Of a stretch of 64,000 nucleotides of DNA, positions 53,802 to 63,920 are shown in pieces. This DNA comes from an uncultured Gemmatimonadaceae bacterium (GTDB lineage Bacteria; Gemmatimonadota; Gemmatimonadetes; Gemmatimonadales; Gemmatimonadaceae). The stretch lies in the NCBI GenBank assembly GCA_963781585.1, contig CAWAGQ010000006.1, forward strand, positions 384,001-448,000, written 5' to 3'. The notes beneath the pieces were generated by a model. It searched no databases and was not told the origin of the DNA. It was given only the letters and a program-made list of their open reading frames with translations. Both the position numbers and the translations under genes were made by a program. Position 1 is the first letter of the stretch. Every line of letters begins with the position of its first letter.

Positions 53802-54463
53802 TGTACTTTGACGACCGGCGGCACCGTATACTTGCCCTCGAGAACGGCCGCTCCAGGCATGTACGCGCGCAGCCAAAGTCTGAAGTTGCCCGTTGGCGCG
53901 GGTAGCCAGTTGGATTCATGCCCCGCCGGCGCGGTGTTCTGGATATGCACATCCACTGAGCCGTCCGCGTTTGCCACGAGGCCGGAGCGATCGCCGACGA
54001 GGTACCGATTGAGCGGATTCGCCACGAAGCGTTCTTTCTCGTCGGCCATGGTCAGCGACCAGAACGCGTCATTGGGCGGGAGCCCCTCCGACGGGAAGTG
54101 CATGATGTAATCGTGCCCTCCCGAGAGCGTGTGGCCCGCTCCATCTACGTTCGTCTTCCAGTACATCGCCTCTTGCGGCCCGCTTATCGGGCCGGGAAAT
54201 ATTCGGGTGCGCGCGGCCCGCATGAACATGCCGTTGCGCGACAGGCCGCACCCAAACGCGGTGACCCAGCCATTGATTCTCGCAAACTTGATCGTTGCGA
54301 CAATCTCAATCGTGACAACCGCCAGCCCGAACCCGACGAAGAAGCCTTGTATTAGAGCATTGCGCAGAGTCAGTGAATCGGCAAAGAGGAACCGTTTGAT
54401 GACGACATAGCTGCATACTGCGCCGATAAGCGTAATGAAACGTTTGTACGTTCTGTCGCTCAT
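53798..54463 (-). CDS. DUF1214-domain membrane protein
   Basis: Two TM helices, EAMY...DGAG..LSG, LPP.DAFWSLT, NADGSVD, NWLPAP.G.F.L.LRAY. Confidence 0.87.
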   Translation of the reverse strand: MSDRTYKRFITLIGAVCSYVVIKRFLFADSLTLRNALIQGFFVGFGLAVVTIEIVATIKFARINGWVTAFGCGLSRNGMFMRAARTRIFPGPISGPQEAMYWKTNVDGAGHTLSGGHDYIMHFPSEGLPPNDAFWSLTMADEKERFVANPLNRYLVGDRSGLVANADGSVDVHIQNTAPAGHESNWLPAPTGNFRLWLRAYMPGAAVLEGKYTVPPVVKVQ

Positions 54464-54889
54464 CCTGTTTCCTTGACTGCGACCACGTTGGCTTCGCGAA
54501 CAGGATACCTTCACCGCTATCGCGGTGGCCTGGAGCTCAATCAACGTGATAGTCAGAAGACTGCGAGCTCATCGCAACCCGGTACTGCCGCCCTCCTGAT
54601 AACTTCCTCACAACGCCCCGCGCCGCAAGGTTGTAACCGGCGGCGCGGCGGCAGCCGGCGGTTGGACCGCGAGCGCTTCGCAACCCAGTCTGCACGTCGA
54701 GGGATTTCGCGCCGAGCGCCGCGGACGGAGCACCAGGGTCGCACTGACCCGTTGATCTGGTCGGGAAGGTGATGCAGGTTCACTCGGACCAGGGATCGAG
54801 CGCCACACCGGGCGGTGGCCGTCCTGGATCGAACGTGGCCAAGCGGATCCGCCTAGGCCGATTGAATCCCTCGCCCCGCGGAGGTCGAG

Positions 54890-55360
54890 ATGCGTGGCAT
54901 TCCTGTTGTCTCCCTGGCGGTCGTTTGCTCTCTCACCGCTCCACCGCTCAGTGCTCAGGCATCCCCTTCCGTGGATGCCTGCCCGCTGGTCACCGCGGCG
55001 GAGGTCAGCGCGGTCCTCGGTATCACGTCACTGCCCGGCCGGCCTTTCCTCGGCAGTCACGTAACCTGCTACTTCGCGGCCGATACCGGCTACGCTACGA
55101 CGCCGTCAGTCAGCGTGAATGTGATGACGCCCGAGATGTTTCATAATCAGGGGCAGATGGGCGGTCCGCTGGCGTCGCATCCGCTGACGGGGTTGGGCGA
55201 CGAGGCCTTCTATATCAGTTCCGGGAACTATACCAAGGTGAGCGTCCTCAAGGGCGGGCGCGCATGCAGCGTGACGATCGTTCCGGGTGGGAAGGTGAAA
55301 GCCGCCCAGGTGCTGGACATGGAAAAATCGCTGGCGCAGAAGGCAGTGGCGCGGCTGTAG
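54890..55360 (+). CDS. Secreted hypothetical protein (DUF3558-like)
   Basis: GGAGG RBS, signal peptide, DACPLVTAAEVSAVLG, GLGDEAF. Confidence 0.75.
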   Translation: MRGIPVVSLAVVCSLTAPPLSAQASPSVDACPLVTAAEVSAVLGITSLPGRPFLGSHVTCYFAADTGYATTPSVSVNVMTPEMFHNQGQMGGPLASHPLTGLGDEAFYISSGNYTKVSVLKGGRACSVTIVPGGKVKAAQVLDMEKSLAQKAVARL

Positions 55361-55445
55361 CGACGAGGATGAGCGGGGCGCGATCGTAACATGGCGGCGA
55401 TGGAACCGTCCACTTCAGCCACCGATGATTCGCGCGCCCAATGAA

Positions 55446-55477
55446 CGCGCCGCACAGTCCAGAGACCGTGCGGCGCG
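55446..55477 (-). terminator. Hairpin between convergent genes (likely terminator of the TonB-receptor operon)
   Basis: CGCGCCGCAC...GTGCGGCGCG perfect outer arms; TTCATT follows on the minus strand. Confidence 0.6.
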
Positions 55478-55492
55478 CGGTGCATCCGTCGG

Positions 55493-58400
55493 TCAGAAGT
55501 AGTACTTCAGTCCGACCTGCGCCTGGAACTGGAGCAGCAGGTTGGTCCCCGTGATCCCCAGCGATCCGAAGGTCGTGGGCACGCTGTAGAGGATCTTCCC
55601 GCTCGCCGCGTCGAAGCTGTTCGGCGTCAGCAGGTCGCGGCTCGCACCGAAGACGCCCATGTAGCGCCCCCACTTGCTGTTCAAGCCATTCAGCACGTTG
55701 AACAGGTTCACCTGAAGCTCGGCGCGCTGCGCCCCCGTCGTGGTGATGGATTTCGCGAGCTGGATGTCCATCCGGTTGAACCAGGGGAGGGTGCACGTGT
55801 TTCGCTGGATGATCTGCCCCACGTACTTCCCGACGCACGGGTAGGCCTTGAGGTAGCCCGCATAACGATCGCGGATCGCCTGCGCTTTCGTCGGGTCCGT
55901 CTCCGTCAGCGGGAGGTCCGTGGGCGCGAAGATGAACGGCCGGTCATTGAAGTTCGCGCCGTCGCCGTTCAGGTCGCCGCCCTGCTCGGGTCCCCACCGG
56001 TTCCCCGACTGGAAGCGCCAGAGCCCGCTCACGCGGATGTCCCACGGCAGCTGCGCGTTGCCCGAGATGACGATGACGTGGTTACGCACCGTCGCCGACG
56101 GTCCCCACGCCTTGTCGGTCGCGCCGACGCCGCCGATGTCGTTCGGCCCGTACGCACCGACCGTCGGATTGGTGAAGCCTTCCTTCGCCGTGCAGCAGGA
56201 ATAGGATGAGTTGTCATACGCCCGCGTGTACGTGTATGACACCCGCACCTGCGAGCCGCCACGGAAGATGCGCGTCAGTTCCGCCGTGCCCGCCAACGAC
56301 TGCGACTGGCCGTCGTTGTAGTTGGCGTAGATCTGGGCGAAATCGATGTTGAGCTCCGCATTCGGTGCCGTCGACGTCGCACTCGACGGGTTGAACACCG
56401 CCGCGGGCACGAAGACCTGCCGGTTCCCCTCGTTCGTCAGCGCGAACTGCGCGGGGCGCAGGTTCAGGTTGCGCACCGTGTACAGGCGGTACGAGCGCGA
56501 CCCCACGATGTCGACCGAGAGCTTGGTGTTCCCCGCGAAAAGGCGGTCATACCCGATGTTCGCCTTGAAGCTCTCGGGATACTGGAAGTTGTCCTTCCAG
56601 AAGGTGTACGTCGGCACCCCGGTTCCTGTCTGCCCGCCGGCGCAGGTGACCGGGTCGTTTTCCCCACCGGTGCTCCAGGAGGAGAACCCCGACACCGACG
56701 GCGGCGCGTCCGGGGCTCCGGTCGCGCTCGACCCGGCGCACGTGAGGCTCAGCACCGGGTGCACCGAGCTCGTCACGTTCCCGCCCACCACGTAAGGCAG
56801 CCGGCCGTAGAAGTACCCCATGCCGAAGCGCGCCACCGACCGCCCGTCGCCGTTCACGTCGTACGCCAGCGCGAGCCGCGGCGAGACGTTGTTCTTGTCG
56901 GTCGGCGCGTTGCCGGATTTCACGCCGAACGCGCGCTCGGCGTCGATCACCCGCTGCGGATTGTTGAGGAACGACTCGACGTCGTAGCGGACGCCGAGCG
57001 TCGCCGTGAGCTTCGGCGTCGGGCGCCACTCGTCCTGTGCGTAGACGGCGTACTCGCCGACGTTGAACTTCGAGAGTGGCACCGTGCCATCGATCGTCTC
57101 GCTGCGCGTGAAGGACGACGGCTTCCTGGCCGCGAAGTCGGCCAGCGACGCGAAGGTGTACGCGCCCGTCGTGTTGTCGATCGATCCGGTCGGCCCGATG
57201 AACGAGTTCTTGAGGTGCGAGTAGATGCCGCTCCCCCCGAACTTGAACGTGTGCCGCCCGGCCTCGAGCGTGAAGTTGTCGATCAGCTGGAGCTTCCGCT
57301 CCAGCAGGTCGTTGTTCAGCGAGACGAACGTGCCGCCGTAGCCGGCGCTCTGGCCGCCGCCGATGTTCGTCACGAACAGCGAGGGCCGCAGGTCGTGCCC
57401 GTTGCGCGGCCGGTCCTCGTCGGAGAACTGGAAGCGGAGCACGTTGAACGACCTCGCCCCCGTCACCGACTGGAGCTCGCCCACCAGCGACGACGACCGG
57501 TCGCCCAGGTTCTCCGCGCGCGCCTGCCCGTACGAGAAGTCGAAGCTCGGACTGAACAGGTTGTCGTTGTGGTGGTTCGCGTAGTTCTCCCGCAGCGAGA
57601 AGCGGTTGTTGCGATCGAGGTTCCAGTCGAGGCGGCCGAACAGCGTGATCACGTCGTTGGTCGTCTGGAAGTTGGAGTACTTCGCGGCCGCGTCGCCGAC
57701 GCCGTAGGTGCTCTGGAGGATGTCGATGAACTGTTGCAGGTTGTGTGCGCCCTCGGTATCCGGCGCCGGGTTGCCGTTGGCGTCCAGCTTGGAGAGGAAG
57801 TAGTCCGGGCGCAGCGGCAGCTGCGGTTCCCGGCGCCGCTGGCCGTCGAGCGAGACGAGGAAGAACGCCTTGTCACGCTTGATCGGCCCCGAGTAGCGGG
57901 CCGCGTATTGCGCCGAGCTGAAGTCGATCGCGGGCTTGCCGGCGAAGTCCTTCGCCGCGAACTGATTGCCGCTGTAGTTCGCGTACGCAGTCCCCTCAAA
58001 CGCGTTCGTGCCGCCGCGAGTCACCACGTTGACCACGCCGCCCGTGTAGTTCCCGTACTCGACGTCGAAACCATTGGTGATGATCTGGAACTCGCGGATC
58101 GATTCCAGCGAAAACTCGAACGGGATGCGCGAGCCGCCGCGGTTCTCGCCGAAGAAGGAGTTGTTGGCGTCGACGCCGTCGATCTGGACGTTGGTCTGCG
58201 ACGGACGCAGCCCGGCGATCGAGAACTGGCCACCGGTCGTCTTCTCGGGATTCGGGTCGACGAGGCCGGACAGGTTGATGAAGTCCGTGAAGTCACGGCC
58301 AAGCGACGGCAGCGTCTCGATCTCCTTCTGCGACACGCTCTGTGCCACCGAGGCATCGGTGACGTCGATCTCCGGCCGCGCATTCGCCTGCACCTGCACC

Positions 58401-58774
58401 CCCTGCAGCGCGACGGCCTGCTGCGCCATCGCGAAGTTCACCGTCGCCGTCTGCCCCACGATGACCGTGATGTTGCGCTGCGAATCCGCGGCGAACCCGA
58501 TCATCCGCGCCTGGACCGTGTACGTCCCCGGCGGCAGCAGAACGAGGGTGTACTGCCCGTCGCCGTTGGAGTGCGCGGAACGTTCGAAGCCCGTGTTGAT
58601 GTTGCGACCCGTGATCGTCGCATTCTCCAGCGGCGCGCCGCCCGGCCCCGTGATGAGCCCACGGATCGCGCCGGTCGTCGTGGCGTTCTGCGCCCCGACC
58701 GGGGCCGCGGCCAGCAGGGTCGCGACCATCAGCGCGGCCAGGCCGCCCATCGGCTGCCGGCTCGTCATGGACAT
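55493..58774 (-). CDS. TonB-dependent receptor, Oar-like, with an N-terminal carboxypeptidase-regulatory-like domain
   Basis: GGAGG before ATG 58774, signal peptide, LPPGTYTV, LPSLGRDF, IDGVDAN, GGVVNVVTRGGTN, C-terminal QVGLKYYF. Confidence 0.93.
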   Translation of the reverse strand: MSMTSRQPMGGLAALMVATLLAAAPVGAQNATTTGAIRGLITGPGGAPLENATITGRNINTGFERSAHSNGDGQYTLVLLPPGTYTVQARMIGFAADSQRNITVIVGQTATVNFAMAQQAVALQGVQVQANARPEIDVTDASVAQSVSQKEIETLPSLGRDFTDFINLSGLVDPNPEKTTGGQFSIAGLRPSQTNVQIDGVDANNSFFGENRGGSRIPFEFSLESIREFQIITNGFDVEYGNYTGGVVNVVTRGGTNAFEGTAYANYSGNQFAAKDFAGKPAIDFSSAQYAARYSGPIKRDKAFFLVSLDGQRRREPQLPLRPDYFLSKLDANGNPAPDTEGAHNLQQFIDILQSTYGVGDAAAKYSNFQTTNDVITLFGRLDWNLDRNNRFSLRENYANHHNDNLFSPSFDFSYGQARAENLGDRSSSLVGELQSVTGARSFNVLRFQFSDEDRPRNGHDLRPSLFVTNIGGGQSAGYGGTFVSLNNDLLERKLQLIDNFTLEAGRHTFKFGGSGIYSHLKNSFIGPTGSIDNTTGAYTFASLADFAARKPSSFTRSETIDGTVPLSKFNVGEYAVYAQDEWRPTPKLTATLGVRYDVESFLNNPQRVIDAERAFGVKSGNAPTDKNNVSPRLALAYDVNGDGRSVARFGMGYFYGRLPYVVGGNVTSSVHPVLSLTCAGSSATGAPDAPPSVSGFSSWSTGGENDPVTCAGGQTGTGVPTYTFWKDNFQYPESFKANIGYDRLFAGNTKLSVDIVGSRSYRLYTVRNLNLRPAQFALTNEGNRQVFVPAAVFNPSSATSTAPNAELNIDFAQIYANYNDGQSQSLAGTAELTRIFRGGSQVRVSYTYTRAYDNSSYSCCTAKEGFTNPTVGAYGPNDIGGVGATDKAWGPSATVRNHVIVISGNAQLPWDIRVSGLWRFQSGNRWGPEQGGDLNGDGANFNDRPFIFAPTDLPLTETDPTKAQAIRDRYAGYLKAYPCVGKYVGQIIQRNTCTLPWFNRMDIQLAKSITTTGAQRAELQVNLFNVLNGLNSKWGRYMGVFGASRDLLTPNSFDAASGKILYSVPTTFGSLGITGTNLLLQFQAQVGLKYYF

Positions 58775-59817
58775 GCCACCTCCGTCGCCTCGCTCAGCGA
58801 GCGCGGGAACAGCTCGACGGGCGGGTTCGTGAACGCTTTCAGGATGCCGGTCCAGTCGTAGCACTTCCCGGCGGTGAAGGTCGTCTTGAGCGTGGTCGTG
58901 TCGGCCACCACGTGACTGTCGAAGCGCACCGCCACGGCACCGCTGCCGTCGTCGACCACCGCGTTGCGGCCGCCGCCCGTCGTGAAGACGTCGAGCAGCT
59001 TGCCGGCCTTGATCCGGATCAGCCGCCCCTGGAGGTTCGCGTGAATGTCGCTTCCCGCGTCCGCCGCGTCCTTGGACGTGACGTCCGCCGGCGCGAGCGG
59101 CGTGCCGGACTGGACCGAGTTGACCGTCACCGGGCTCAGCTCGAACTCGTTGTTGAACGCCGCCAGCGTCGCCGACACCTCGATCACGTCGCCGATCTGG
59201 AACGACGGTCCGGTCGGGCTGAACAGCTCGACGCCACCCGTCTCGTCCTCGATGTACGCCTGCCCCGTCGAGATCTGGTTCACCGTCGACGTCACCGTGC
59301 CGCGCACCGTGATGCGCGCGCCGAGCGACTGTTGCTCGGCGGCGGCAATGGTGATCACGCATCCCGTGCGCCCATCGAGCGTCACGAACTGCGTCTCCGA
59401 GATATAGATGCTGACCGACTTCGGGTTCTCGCAGAACGACACCACCGAGCCCATGCCGGTGGTGTCGACCCTGAGCCAGTGGGTGCCCGCAGGGAGGTCG
59501 GAGACGTCGAAGCGGCCGTCCACGCCGGAGTGGACGTCGCCACCCGCGAGTGCCGCCGACGTCCCGCGCACCTGCACGATCAGGTGCACGTTCGCCATGG
59601 CGCTGTCGCCCGCCGACGGATCGTAGAGACCGTTCTGGTCACGGTCCAGGAAGACGATCCCGTCCAGGCCACCGGTGCCGCTCACCGTGAACGGGCGCGC
59701 CGGCTTGATCGAGCACCCGGATGCGGTGCCCAGCGCCGCGAGCGCGATGCACGTCAGGATCAGCGGCCCGCGCCTCGCGCGCGACGGTCCGGATCCGGAG
59801 AGAGTCTGGTACCTCAT
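58765..59817 (-). CDS. Lipoprotein: SdrD-B-like domain plus one paired OB-fold-like module
   Basis: Lipobox ASGC, VFLDRDQNGLYD, AYIEDETGGV...GDVIEV...FNNEFEL...LQGRLI...ELFPRS. Overlaps both neighbours. Confidence 0.8.
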   Translation of the reverse strand: MRYQTLSGSGPSRARRGPLILTCIALAALGTASGCSIKPARPFTVSGTGGLDGIVFLDRDQNGLYDPSAGDSAMANVHLIVQVRGTSAALAGGDVHSGVDGRFDVSDLPAGTHWLRVDTTGMGSVVSFCENPKSVSIYISETQFVTLDGRTGCVITIAAAEQQSLGARITVRGTVTSTVNQISTGQAYIEDETGGVELFSPTGPSFQIGDVIEVSATLAAFNNEFELSPVTVNSVQSGTPLAPADVTSKDAADAGSDIHANLQGRLIRIKAGKLLDVFTTGGGRNAVVDDGSGAVAVRFDSHVVADTTTLKTTFTAGKCYDWTGILKAFTNPPVELFPRSLSEATEVACP

Positions 59818-62312
59818 TTCTGCACCACGTCCGATGCACCTCTCGGCTTGAGTTCCGCGGCGCTTGGCGTGCCGAACGGCACCGCGATACCGGTGATGTC
59901 GTAATGCGTCCCCACGGTGAACAGCGACGCCGGCGGCGGGACGTGCCCCGTCGGCGCCGACATGAAGACCGTGAACGACGAGGCGTCAGGCGCCGTGACG
60001 GTGACGCTGTATGTCCCGCTCCCGCTGGGCGTGCCCACCGTGTTGACCGTCACGTCCCGAATCGTCACCAGCTGGCCTTCGTACGTTCGTGCGAGGAATT
60101 CCGCGCCCGTCACTACGCGCGGAGCCGGCGGCGCCCCGGATCCGAGCTTCGTCACCTTGATCGAATCGGTCGGCGTGATGTTGTTCGTGATCTCCTTCTC
60201 GTTGCTGAACGTCGTCATCTTGCCGTGGACCCGCACGGCGTCACCCGCCATGAGGCCGAGCGCGGCCGGCAGGTTGAAGATCAGCACGCCCCCCGTCGCA
60301 TCCTGGATGTACGAGTTGTCCGTGCGGAACGTCCCCTGTCCCGCCGTCACGATCCCTTCCACCGTGACGGTGTCGTTGTTGACCGCGCGCGCCGCCGCGA
60401 TCGTCACCAGGTTCGGGTTGGTGGAGACCACGTCCGCCGGCGAGCGCGGCTTCACTTCGGGCGTGAACGTCGTGCCGTTGGTCGAGAAGTTGAGCGCCGC
60501 GCCCGAGACGTCGTACGTCATCCCGACCTGCCAGAACGTGTTCGTGATCCCGACCGCGGCGTTGTCGATGCGAACCGTCAGATCGGTGCCGTCGGGGGCC
60601 GTCGCGAGGACGTTGTACGCGCCGCTCCCGCTTGGCGTGCCGACGCTGTTGACCACCAGGCCGGAGAGCCGCACGAACTGCCCGTCGTAGATCCTCGACG
60701 CGAGGTCAGGCCCCGTGACCGTGCGCGGCGACGGCGGGGTCGTCGTGCCGAGCCTCTCGATCAACGGCGGCGTCGAGGCGTTGAAGCGCGCGATCTCGTA
60801 CTCGTTGTTGAAGAACGAGACGACGCCGGTGACGCGGATACTGTCTCCCGGCACAAGTACCGTCGCGGTCGGGATGTTGAAGATATCGGCGCCGCCTGTC
60901 GGGTCGACGATATAGGCGCTCAGGTTCGTCGCCGTCGAGAGCTGGTAGACGCCGGTGCCGGCGTACACCACCCCCTCGACCGTCACCGTGTCGCCGGCGG
61001 CGTGCGTGCGCGCCTGCGCGATCGGGATCGCGACCGTGCCGACGGCCACGTCGGCGCTCGAGCGCGGCTTGAGCTGCGCCGTGCCGTTGAAGACGCCGTC
61101 GAGTCCCGTGACGTTGTACGCGTGCCCGACCTGCCAATACGAGATCGGGATGTCGATGTTGTTGGTGTTGCCGTTCCGGACCTGGAACCCCTCGGAGGCA
61201 TTCTGGCCCTGCAGGTTCACGTTATACGACGTGGCGCCGGTGGTGGCCGAGCTCAGGACCGTCGCCCCCTGAACGCTCACGAGCTGCCCCGCGAACGCTC
61301 CCGAAACGAGGTCGGCGATCGAGATCGGCTTGGCATCGGGAACCGGGCCGCTGCCGAGCTTCGTCACGCTCAGGGTTCCGCCGGAGGGCGCGACCACTTC
61401 GAGCTCGCCGTTGAAGACCGACGTGACGCCGATGACGCGCACCGTATCACCGGCCACGGTCCCGATCACCTGCGCGCCGAAGACCACGATGCCCGCCGTC
61501 TGGTCCTGAACGTAGAGGTTGTTGAAGCTCAGGAATCCGCCGTTGGACGTAGCCACGGCGACGAACGCGACGGTCGTGCCGACCGCGCTCGCACGCGACT
61601 CGGCCACCGTGGTAAGCAGGTTCCCCGTGAACTGCACCGCGACCGACTGCGTCGCGTTGGCGCCGACGGTTACGGTCCGCACCGTGCCGCCGACGATATC
61701 AATGGTCGGAATCGGCGTGATCACGACCGTATAGGTCCCCGGTCTCAATGTTGCGAACGTGAACTCGCCGCCGCTGCCCGTCGCCGTCGTCGCCTGAGGC
61801 TCCTGGGTCGTGTCGGAGGTGGCAAACAGCCGGACCGTCATGCCGGGCGCCGGGGTGTCGACGCCTGCGTCGTAGGTGCTGTTCGCGTTGTTGTCGCGGA
61901 ACAGCAACCCGCTGATGGTGCCGGGCTCGTACACATAGCGGAATTCCGAGCTGACCACGCCACCGCGGAAGGGAACCACGACTACCGGTGTCGGAGCACT
62001 CGCCAGCAACGCGCCAGCCGGTGCGGTGGCGGACAGGGCGGCACTGTAGCTCCCAGGGTCGACGTCGTCGAAGGTGGCGCTCCCGTCGCTGCCGAGCGTG
62101 GCCTGTCGAGCCGAACCGCCACCGACGGGGGTGAGGGTTACCTGGCCGCTGATCGCGAGGTCGCCGGTCGAGTAGGCGCCGGAGCCGTCGACATCGACGT
62201 ACGCGCGCACGGAGACCGTGACGGCCGTGCCGGTTGGAATCTTGTTATCATTGCAGCCGAACATGATGAGTGCGGCCACCGCGACGATGGCCGGTCGAGC
62301 CCTGCGACGCAT
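59814..62312 (-). CDS. Lipoprotein: two SdrD-B-like domains plus three tandem paired OB-fold-like modules
   Basis: GGAG RBS, lipobox MFGC, YVDVDGSG and FRDNNANSTYD. Three ~200-aa repeats Y(V/I).D.T.G...GD.(V/I)RV.G...F....E...GQ.V...KPR..DV. Confidence 0.85.
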   Translation of the reverse strand: MRRRARPAIVAVAALIMFGCNDNKIPTGTAVTVSVRAYVDVDGSGAYSTGDLAISGQVTLTPVGGGSARQATLGSDGSATFDDVDPGSYSAALSATAPAGALLASAPTPVVVVPFRGGVVSSEFRYVYEPGTISGLLFRDNNANSTYDAGVDTPAPGMTVRLFATSDTTQEPQATTATGSGGEFTFATLRPGTYTVVITPIPTIDIVGGTVRTVTVGANATQSVAVQFTGNLLTTVAESRASAVGTTVAFVAVATSNGGFLSFNNLYVQDQTAGIVVFGAQVIGTVAGDTVRVIGVTSVFNGELEVVAPSGGTLSVTKLGSGPVPDAKPISIADLVSGAFAGQLVSVQGATVLSSATTGATSYNVNLQGQNASEGFQVRNGNTNNIDIPISYWQVGHAYNVTGLDGVFNGTAQLKPRSSADVAVGTVAIPIAQARTHAAGDTVTVEGVVYAGTGVYQLSTATNLSAYIVDPTGGADIFNIPTATVLVPGDSIRVTGVVSFFNNEYEIARFNASTPPLIERLGTTTPPSPRTVTGPDLASRIYDGQFVRLSGLVVNSVGTPSGSGAYNVLATAPDGTDLTVRIDNAAVGITNTFWQVGMTYDVSGAALNFSTNGTTFTPEVKPRSPADVVSTNPNLVTIAAARAVNNDTVTVEGIVTAGQGTFRTDNSYIQDATGGVLIFNLPAALGLMAGDAVRVHGKMTTFSNEKEITNNITPTDSIKVTKLGSGAPPAPRVVTGAEFLARTYEGQLVTIRDVTVNTVGTPSGSGTYSVTVTAPDASSFTVFMSAPTGHVPPPASLFTVGTHYDITGIAVPFGTPSAAELKPRGASDVVQK

Positions 62313-62472
62313 CACGGCTCCTGCCTTGCGGATCATGGACGGGTTGCGAATCGAAGTCTTTCGGGCGAACGCGAGCCTAGATCCCACGGCAATGACTGTC
62401 AAGATGTCACCGCCGGGCGACCGCATCGTTCCCCGTTCGTTACCACGCGGATAAACCGAGGCTGAAGGCAAG

Positions 62473-63693
62473 GTGACGCTCCGTCAGTCCGTCACATTCG
62501 CGCTGCTGGTCGCCTTCGGCGTGTCCGCCTGCTCGCCCGGCGACAAGGCCACCGGCCCCCTGACCGCGCCCGTCATTTCGATTGCGGGTGTCACCGAGGG
62601 CGCGACCTACTCGGTTCCTGTGACGATTCACATCGATACCGACGTGGGATCGTGGGAGGCTACGCTCGACGGACAGCCGTTCACGTCTGGCGGTACCGTG
62701 CAGACCCCCGGGGACCACACGCTGTCGGTGACGGCGCACCTCTCGCTCGCCGTCGCAACTGTCGTCGTGCACTTCAGGATCCAGCCTCCAGCGGGCGGGG
62801 AACTGATCATCCGGATGTTCGACCTTGGGCCGAATGAGTTCGGCGGGGGTGGGGACGCCATCCTGATCACCGACTCCACCTCGGCGGGCATGGTGAGCGC
62901 CATGGTGGATGCCGGGCCGGCGGGCGCCGATGCGAGTGATCCCGGCTTGGTCTCGCGCCAGCTCGCGCAGCTCCACATCGACACGCTCGCGATCCTGCTG
63001 CTCACCCACGCCCACGGCGACCACTATGGCGGCATGGGGCCGATTCTCTCGAGCGTGCACGTGAAGCGGTTCCTGTACAACGGACAGATTCGCAGCCTGT
63101 CGTCCTACACGAGCGTGATCTCCCAGGCCGGCCTCGTCGCCGACAGCACCATCGTCGTCACGGCGACGCGCGACTACGACCTGGGATACGCGGCAACTCC
63201 CTCACACCTGAAAGTCCTCCCGCCGCTCGCGACGCACCTGGCCGAGGACACCGACGATGGCACTCTGCTGAACGACGGCTCGGTGGGGGCGCGTCTCTCA
63301 CTCGGCACGTTCTCGATGTTCCTCACCGGAGACAGCGAGGTCGCCGCGACGGAGCGCTGGCGCGCACAGTTCACGAGCCTCGTCCAGAACATCACCGTGC
63401 TGAAGGTCGGCCACCATGGTGCGAACAACGCCATCTTCGACAACGGCGTGAGCGGGACGTCGTCCTGGCTCGCGGTGACCGCACCGCGGGTGTCGATCAT
63501 CTCGGGGAACGGCACCACCCATCCGCGTATCAACGCGCTCAACAAGCTCCTGGGACAGCCCGGAAACCGGACGTACTGCACCAACGTGCACGGGAACATC
63601 ACAATCCGCGTGGCGCGCGATGGCAGTTACCGTGTGAGCGTGGCGAAGAACGCCGACCAGGACTGCGTGCCGGGGAGCGACGCGACGACCTGA
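62473..63693 (+). CDS. ComEC/Rec2-type metallo-beta-lactamase-fold lipoprotein (putative nuclease)
   Basis: Lipobox VSAC, Ig-like domain, GDAILI, VDAG, THAHGDH, LTGDSE, LKVGHHG, HP, T..HGNITI. No ComEC membrane domain. Confidence 0.87.
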   Translation: MTLRQSVTFALLVAFGVSACSPGDKATGPLTAPVISIAGVTEGATYSVPVTIHIDTDVGSWEATLDGQPFTSGGTVQTPGDHTLSVTAHLSLAVATVVVHFRIQPPAGGELIIRMFDLGPNEFGGGGDAILITDSTSAGMVSAMVDAGPAGADASDPGLVSRQLAQLHIDTLAILLLTHAHGDHYGGMGPILSSVHVKRFLYNGQIRSLSSYTSVISQAGLVADSTIVVTATRDYDLGYAATPSHLKVLPPLATHLAEDTDDGTLLNDGSVGARLSLGTFSMFLTGDSEVAATERWRAQFTSLVQNITVLKVGHHGANNAIFDNGVSGTSSWLAVTAPRVSIISGNGTTHPRINALNKLLGQPGNRTYCTNVHGNITIRVARDGSYRVSVAKNADQDCVPGSDATT

Positions 63694-63920
63694 TGGGTCA
63701 GTGCCACGCGGTGTCGTGCGCCCGACGACCACCGCGCCGAACGACCTCTGGATCGCAGACTTCAACCGGAGCGTATCGCACCACACGCTGCCACGAAACG
63801 CAACACCCCCGCGGGGCCCGGTGCCGGGCTCTGACCGGCAACTCATTCCCGCCAAGTCGCTTACCGATTCTCTGGTTGCACCGCTGAGCCGCAGGTACCT
63901 TGGACCGCCACGAGCATTCG

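Noticed and set aside
58775..59362. N-terminal extension of the 1289-aa TonB receptor ORF
   Set aside because: It overlaps the upstream lipoprotein gene. The RBS and signal peptide place the start at 58774 (or 58768).
59721..62465. 914-aa plus-strand ORF, and similar long ORFs at 19147..21660, 50699..53236, 56759..58861, 23795..25594, 12312..14036
   Set aside because: Arg/Gly-rich shadow frames overlapping well-supported genes; expected in high-GC DNA.
62473..63693. Calling this gene comEC (competence channel)
   Set aside because: It lacks the multi-pass competence domain; only the MBL domain on a lipoprotein is present.
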